Source of the DNA: a virus
Strand: one strand, 5' to 3'
UHGV virus genome: UHGV-0147920
DNA: 18,766 nucleotides
The position numbers and the translations under genes were made by a program. Of this stretch, positions 14,620 to 18,766 are shown piece by piece. The notes under the pieces are model-generated. The model had not been told where the DNA came from and ran no database searches. It saw nothing but the letters and a program-made list of their open reading frames with translations. Each line of letters opens with the position of its first letter. The first letter of the stretch is position 1.

Positions 14620-17059
14620 CAATGTAAAATTACAGGTATTGCTCAGGGCTGTTGACCAGGCATCCCGCCCGTTTAAATCCATCCGCACAGCGAGTAAGTC
14701 GCTGTCGGGGAATATCCGGGAAACACAAAAATCACTGCGCGAGCTGAACGGTCAGGCATCCCGTATTGAGGGATTCCGCAAGACCAGTGCGCAGCTTGCC
14801 GTGACTGGTCATGCACTTGAAAAGGCACGGCAGGAGGCCGAAGCCCTTGCCACACAGTTTAAAAACACTGAACGTCCGACCCGTGCTCAGGCGAAAGTGC
14901 TGGAATCCGCAAAGCGTGCGGCGGAGGACTTACAGGCGAAATATAACCGCCTGACGGATTCTGTTAAACGCCAGCAGCGGGAACTGGCCGCTGTGGGAAT
15001 TAATACCCGCAATCTTGCACATGATGAGCAGGGGCTGAAAAACCGTATCAGTGAAACCACCGCACAGCTTAACCGGCAGCGTGACGCGCTGGCGCGTGTC
15101 AGTGCGCAACAGGCAAAACTTAACGCAGTAAAACAGCGTTATCAGGCAGGAAAGGAGCTGGCAGGAAATATGGCCTCGGTGGGCGCTGCCGGTGTGGGGA
15201 TTGCGGCAGCGGGAACGATGGCCGGAGTTAAGCTGCTGATGCCCGGCTATGAGTTTGCGCAGAAAAACTCAGAATTGCAGGCCGTGCTGGGTGTGGCAAA
15301 AGACTCCGCCGAAATGACCGCACTCCGCAAGCAGGCGCGCCAGCTCGGTGACAACACCGCCGCCTCAGCGGATGATGCGGCCGGTGCACAGATTATCATT
15401 GCGAAAGCGGGTGGAGATGCTGCAGCTATTCAGGCGGCAACGCCGGTCACGCTGAATATGGCACTGGCAAACCAGCGGTCGATGGAAGAAAACGCGCAAC
15501 TGTTGCTGGGGACTAAGGCATCCTTTCAACTGTCAAATGATGATGTCAGCCATGTGGGCGACGTGTTGTCGGCAACGATGAATAAGTCGGCGGCTGATTT
15601 TCAGGGACTCAGTGATGCACTGACTTACCTCGGTCCGGTTGCGAGGACGGCAGGTGTAAGTCTTGAGCAGGCAGCGGCCATGACAGGTGTGCTGCATGAC
15701 AATAACATCAGGGGGTCAATGGCGGGGACGGGGGGCAGTGCCGTTGTCACCCGATTACAGGCACCGACAGGAAAAGCATGGGATGCACTCAAAGAGCTTG
15801 GCGTTAAAACCTCGGACAAAAAGGGAAATATGCGTCCGTTGTTCACCATTCTGAAAGAGATTCAGGCCAGCTTTGATAAACACAAGTTGGGAACGTCTCA
15901 GAAGGGGGAATACCTTAAAACCATTTTTGGTGAGGAAGCCCTGAAATCAGCGAACGTTTTACTGGCAGCGGCAGCAAGCGGAAAACTGGATACGCTGACC
16001 GCCACGCTGAAAGCCTCGGACGGTAAAACGGAAGAGCTGGTTAAAATCATGCAGGATAACCTCGGCGGTGACTTTAAGGAGTTTCAGTCCGCTTATGAGG
16101 CGGTGGGGACTGACCTGTTTGACCAGCAGGAAGGCGCACTGCGTAAGCTCACGCAGACGGCCACAAAGTATGTGTTAAAACTCGACGGCTGGATACAGAA
16201 AAACAAATCACTGGCGTCAACCATCGGCATCATTGTCGGTGGTGCACTGGCGCTGACTGGTGTCATCGGTGCCATTGGTCTTGTAGCCTGGCCGGTTATC
16301 ACCGGCATCAATGCCATTATCGCGGCAGCAGGCGCAATGGGGGCAATCTTCACGACGGTTGGCAGTGCTGTTATGACGGCCATCGGGGCGATTAGCTGGC
16401 CGGTTGTGGCCGTGGTGGCCGCCATTGTCGCCGGTGCGTTGCTTATCCGTAAATACTGGGAGCCTGTCAGCGCATTCTTTGGCGGTGTGGTGGAAGGGCT
16501 GAAAGCGGCATTTGCGCCGGTGGGGGAACTGTTCACGCCACTTAAACCGGTTTTTGACTGGCTGGGTGAAAAGTTACAGGCCGCGTGGCAGTGGTTTAAA
16601 AATCTGATTGCCCCGGTCAAAGCCACCCGGGACACCCTGAACCGTTGCCGTGACACGGGCGTCATGTTCGGGCAGGCACTGGCTGACGCGCTGATGATGC
16701 CGCTTAATGCGTTCAACAAACTGCGCAGCGGTATTGACTGGGTACTGGAAAAACTCGGTGTTATCAACAAAGAGTCAGACACACTTGACCAGACCGCCGC
16801 AAGGACTAATGCCGCCACGTATGGCAGCGGTGGTTATATTCCGGCGACCAGCTCTTATGCAGGCTATCAGGCTTATCAGCCGGTAACGGCACCGGCTGGC
16901 CGCTCTTATGTGGACCAGAGTAAAAACGAATATCACATCAGCCTGACGGGTGGTACTGCGCCGGGGACACAGCTTGACCGCCAGTTACAGGATGCGCTCG
17001 AAAAATACGAGCGGGATAAACGTGCGCGCGCCCGTGCCAGCATGATGCATGACGGTTAA
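14612..17059 (+). CDS. T: tail tape measure protein T (P2 gpT-like)
   Basis: 815 aa; alpha-helical, Gln/Ala/Lys/Arg-rich N-terminal region and a long Gly/Ala-rich hydrophobic segment (...IGIIVGGALALTGVIGAIGLVAWPVITGINAIIAAAGAMGAIFTTVGSAVMTAIGAISWPVV...). Same length as P2 T. Confidence 0.9.
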   Translation: MSNNVKLQVLLRAVDQASRPFKSIRTASKSLSGNIRETQKSLRELNGQASRIEGFRKTSAQLAVTGHALEKARQEAEALATQFKNTERPTRAQAKVLESAKRAAEDLQAKYNRLTDSVKRQQRELAAVGINTRNLAHDEQGLKNRISETTAQLNRQRDALARVSAQQAKLNAVKQRYQAGKELAGNMASVGAAGVGIAAAGTMAGVKLLMPGYEFAQKNSELQAVLGVAKDSAEMTALRKQARQLGDNTAASADDAAGAQIIIAKAGGDAAAIQAATPVTLNMALANQRSMEENAQLLLGTKASFQLSNDDVSHVGDVLSATMNKSAADFQGLSDALTYLGPVARTAGVSLEQAAAMTGVLHDNNIRGSMAGTGGSAVVTRLQAPTGKAWDALKELGVKTSDKKGNMRPLFTILKEIQASFDKHKLGTSQKGEYLKTIFGEEALKSANVLLAAAASGKLDTLTATLKASDGKTEELVKIMQDNLGGDFKEFQSAYEAVGTDLFDQQEGALRKLTQTATKYVLKLDGWIQKNKSLASTIGIIVGGALALTGVIGAIGLVAWPVITGINAIIAAAGAMGAIFTTVGSAVMTAIGAISWPVVAVVAAIVAGALLIRKYWEPVSAFFGGVVEGLKAAFAPVGELFTPLKPVFDWLGEKLQAAWQWFKNLIAPVKATRDTLNRCRDTGVMFGQALADALMMPLNAFNKLRSGIDWVLEKLGVINKESDTLDQTAARTNAATYGSGGYIPATSSYAGYQAYQPVTAPAGRSYVDQSKNEYHISLTGGTAPGTQLDRQLQDALEKYERDKRARARASMMHDG

Positions 17060-17073
17060 GGAGGTGACGAAAA

Positions 17074-17553
17074 ATGATGCTCGCGTTAGGTATGTTTGTT
17101 TTTATGCGCCAGACGCTGCCACACCAGACCATGCAGCGTGAATCAGATTATCGCTGGCCGTCAAATTCCCGTATCGGTAAACGGGATGCCTTTCAGTTTC
17201 TCGGTGTGGGTGAGGAAAACATTACGCTTGCCGGCGTGCTTTATCCCGAACTGACCGGCGGGAAGCTGACGATGACCACGCTCAGGCTGATGGCAGAGGA
17301 AGGCCGGGCGTGGCCGTTGCTGGATGGCACCGGCATGATTTACGGCATGTATGTCATCAGCAGGGTGAGTGAAACAGGGAGTATTTTCTTTGCAGACGGC
17401 ACACCCCGGAAAATTGATTTTACGCTGTCGCTCACCCGCGTTGATGAATCACTGGCCGCGCTTTATGGCGATATCGGTAAACAGGCGGAATCGCTCATCG
17501 GTAAGGCTGGTAGTATGGCGACCAGATTCACGGGTATGACGGGGGCGGGATAA
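17074..17553 (+). CDS. U: tail protein U (P2 gpU-like)
   Basis: 159 aa with AAGGAGG at 17058-17064; position after T; stop overlaps the D start (TAATG). Confidence 0.9.
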   Translation: MMLALGMFVFMRQTLPHQTMQRESDYRWPSNSRIGKRDAFQFLGVGEENITLAGVLYPELTGGKLTMTTLRLMAEEGRAWPLLDGTGMIYGMYVISRVSETGSIFFADGTPRKIDFTLSLTRVDESLAALYGDIGKQAESLIGKAGSMATRFTGMTGAG

Positions 17554-18716
17554 TGCTGGATGCGCTGACATTTGATGCAGGCAGTACGCTGACGCCGGAT
17601 TACATGCTGATGCTCGACAGCAGGGATATTACCGGCAATATCAGCGACCGTCTGATGAGCATGACCCTGACGGATAACCGGGGCTTTGAGGCTGACCAGC
17701 TTGATATTGAACTGAACGACGCCGACGGGCAGGTAGGGCTACCGGTTCGTGGCGCTGTCCTGACGGTGTATATCGGCTGGAAAGGTTTTGCCCTGGTATG
17801 CAAAGGGAAATTTACCGTTGATGAGGTTGAACACCGGGGCGCACCGGATGTGGTCTCCATCCGCGCCCGGAGTGCAGATTTTCGCGGGACGCTCAATTCC
17901 CGCCGGGAAGGCTCCTGGCATGACACCACGCTCGGTGCGATTGTTGAGGCGATAGCCACCCGTAACAGGCTGGAAGCCAGTGTCGCTCCGTCACTGGCCG
18001 GAATTAAAATCCCGCACATCGACCAGTCGCAGGAGTCTGATGCGAAATTCCTGACCCGTCTTGCAGAACGCAACGGCGGAGAGGTGTCGGTAAAAATGGG
18101 AAAACTGTTGTTTCTCAAAGCGGGGCAGGGGGTGACGGCCAGCGGTAAAAAAATCCCGCAGATTACCATCACCCGCAGCGATGGCGACCGTCACCATTTT
18201 GCGATTGCTGACCGTGGAGCCTACACCGGCGTAACGGCAAAGTGGCTACACACCAAAGACCCGAAGCCGCAAAAGCAGAAGGTAAAACTGAAACGCAAAA
18301 AGAAAGAGAAACACCTGCGCGCACTGGAGCACCCGAAAGCAAAACCGGTCACGCAGAAGAAAGCGCCAAAAGTACCGGAAGGGCGCGAAGGTGAATACAT
18401 GGCCGGTGAGGCTGACAACGTTTTTGCCCTGACTACGGTATATGCCACGAAAGCGCAGGCTATGCGCGCCGCTCAGGCGAAGTGGGATAAACTGCAACGG
18501 GGCGTTGCGGAGTTCTCCATCAGCCTGGCTACCGGTCGGGCAGATATTTACACGGAAACACCGGTTAAAGTGTCAGGCTTTAAGCGCGTCATAGATGAGC
18601 AGGACTGGACCATCACTAAGGTGACACATTGTCTCAATAATAGCGGCTTCACGACGTCCTTGGAGCTTGAGGTCAGGCTTTCTGATGTGGAGTACGAAAC
18701 AGAAGATGATGAGTGA
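17553..18716 (+). CDS. D: tail protein D (P2 gpD-like)
   Basis: 387 aa with an internal Lys-rich low-complexity stretch (KDPKPQKQKVKLKRKKKEKH...); last gene of the FI-D tail unit; same length as P2 D. Confidence 0.9.
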   Translation: MLDALTFDAGSTLTPDYMLMLDSRDITGNISDRLMSMTLTDNRGFEADQLDIELNDADGQVGLPVRGAVLTVYIGWKGFALVCKGKFTVDEVEHRGAPDVVSIRARSADFRGTLNSRREGSWHDTTLGAIVEAIATRNRLEASVAPSLAGIKIPHIDQSQESDAKFLTRLAERNGGEVSVKMGKLLFLKAGQGVTASGKKIPQITITRSDGDRHHFAIADRGAYTGVTAKWLHTKDPKPQKQKVKLKRKKKEKHLRALEHPKAKPVTQKKAPKVPEGREGEYMAGEADNVFALTTVYATKAQAMRAAQAKWDKLQRGVAEFSISLATGRADIYTETPVKVSGFKRVIDEQDWTITKVTHCLNNSGFTTSLELEVRLSDVEYETEDDE

Positions 18717-18766
18717 TGTCTTTTGTTTATCTGTTTGTTTTATAAGGATAAATTAACTAAAATGGC

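Noticed and set aside
18717-18766. Start of the next gene (ogr-like late activator) at the ATG near 18761
   Set aside because: Only a few nucleotides remain before the window ends and the following codons do not match what I recall of the Ogr N-terminus.
1-18766. Integrase, attachment site, tRNA or other integration-junction features
   Set aside because: The window lies entirely inside the late structural region. No tRNA-like sequence, flanking direct repeats or recombinase ORF is present.

Overview
This 18.8-kb window is almost entirely the late (virion morphogenesis + lysis) region of a P2-like temperate myovirus, probably a prophage in an enterobacterial host. The backbone is roughly mid-to-high 50s % G+C in hand-counted sample lines. 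On the + strand, in canonical P2 order, I read: the 3' tip of an upstream gene, terminase small/endonuclease subunit M, head completion L, tail protein X, holin Y, endolysin K, LysA, the overlapped spanin pair LysB/LysC, tail completion R and S, baseplate V-W-J-I, tail fibre H, tail-fibre assembly G, sheath FI, tube FII, the E / E+E' frameshifted chaperone pair, tape measure T, U and D. Gene calls rest on synteny, ORF lengths and remembered protein features, not on any database search. Two strongly AT-rich genes (about one-third G+C in sampled lines) lie on the opposite strand at the two junctions where P2-like genomes classically carry cargo: a 261-aa predicted membrane protein between S and V (orf30 position) and a 472-aa soluble protein between G and FI (Z/fun position). 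The 472-aa gene, with its own promoter/operator-like palindrome and flanking terminator-like hairpins, is the most likely site of an undescribed function, plausibly anti-phage defence or superinfection exclusion. I cannot assign either cargo protein to a known family by inspection. No tRNA, rRNA, CRISPR array, integrase or attachment site is visible.
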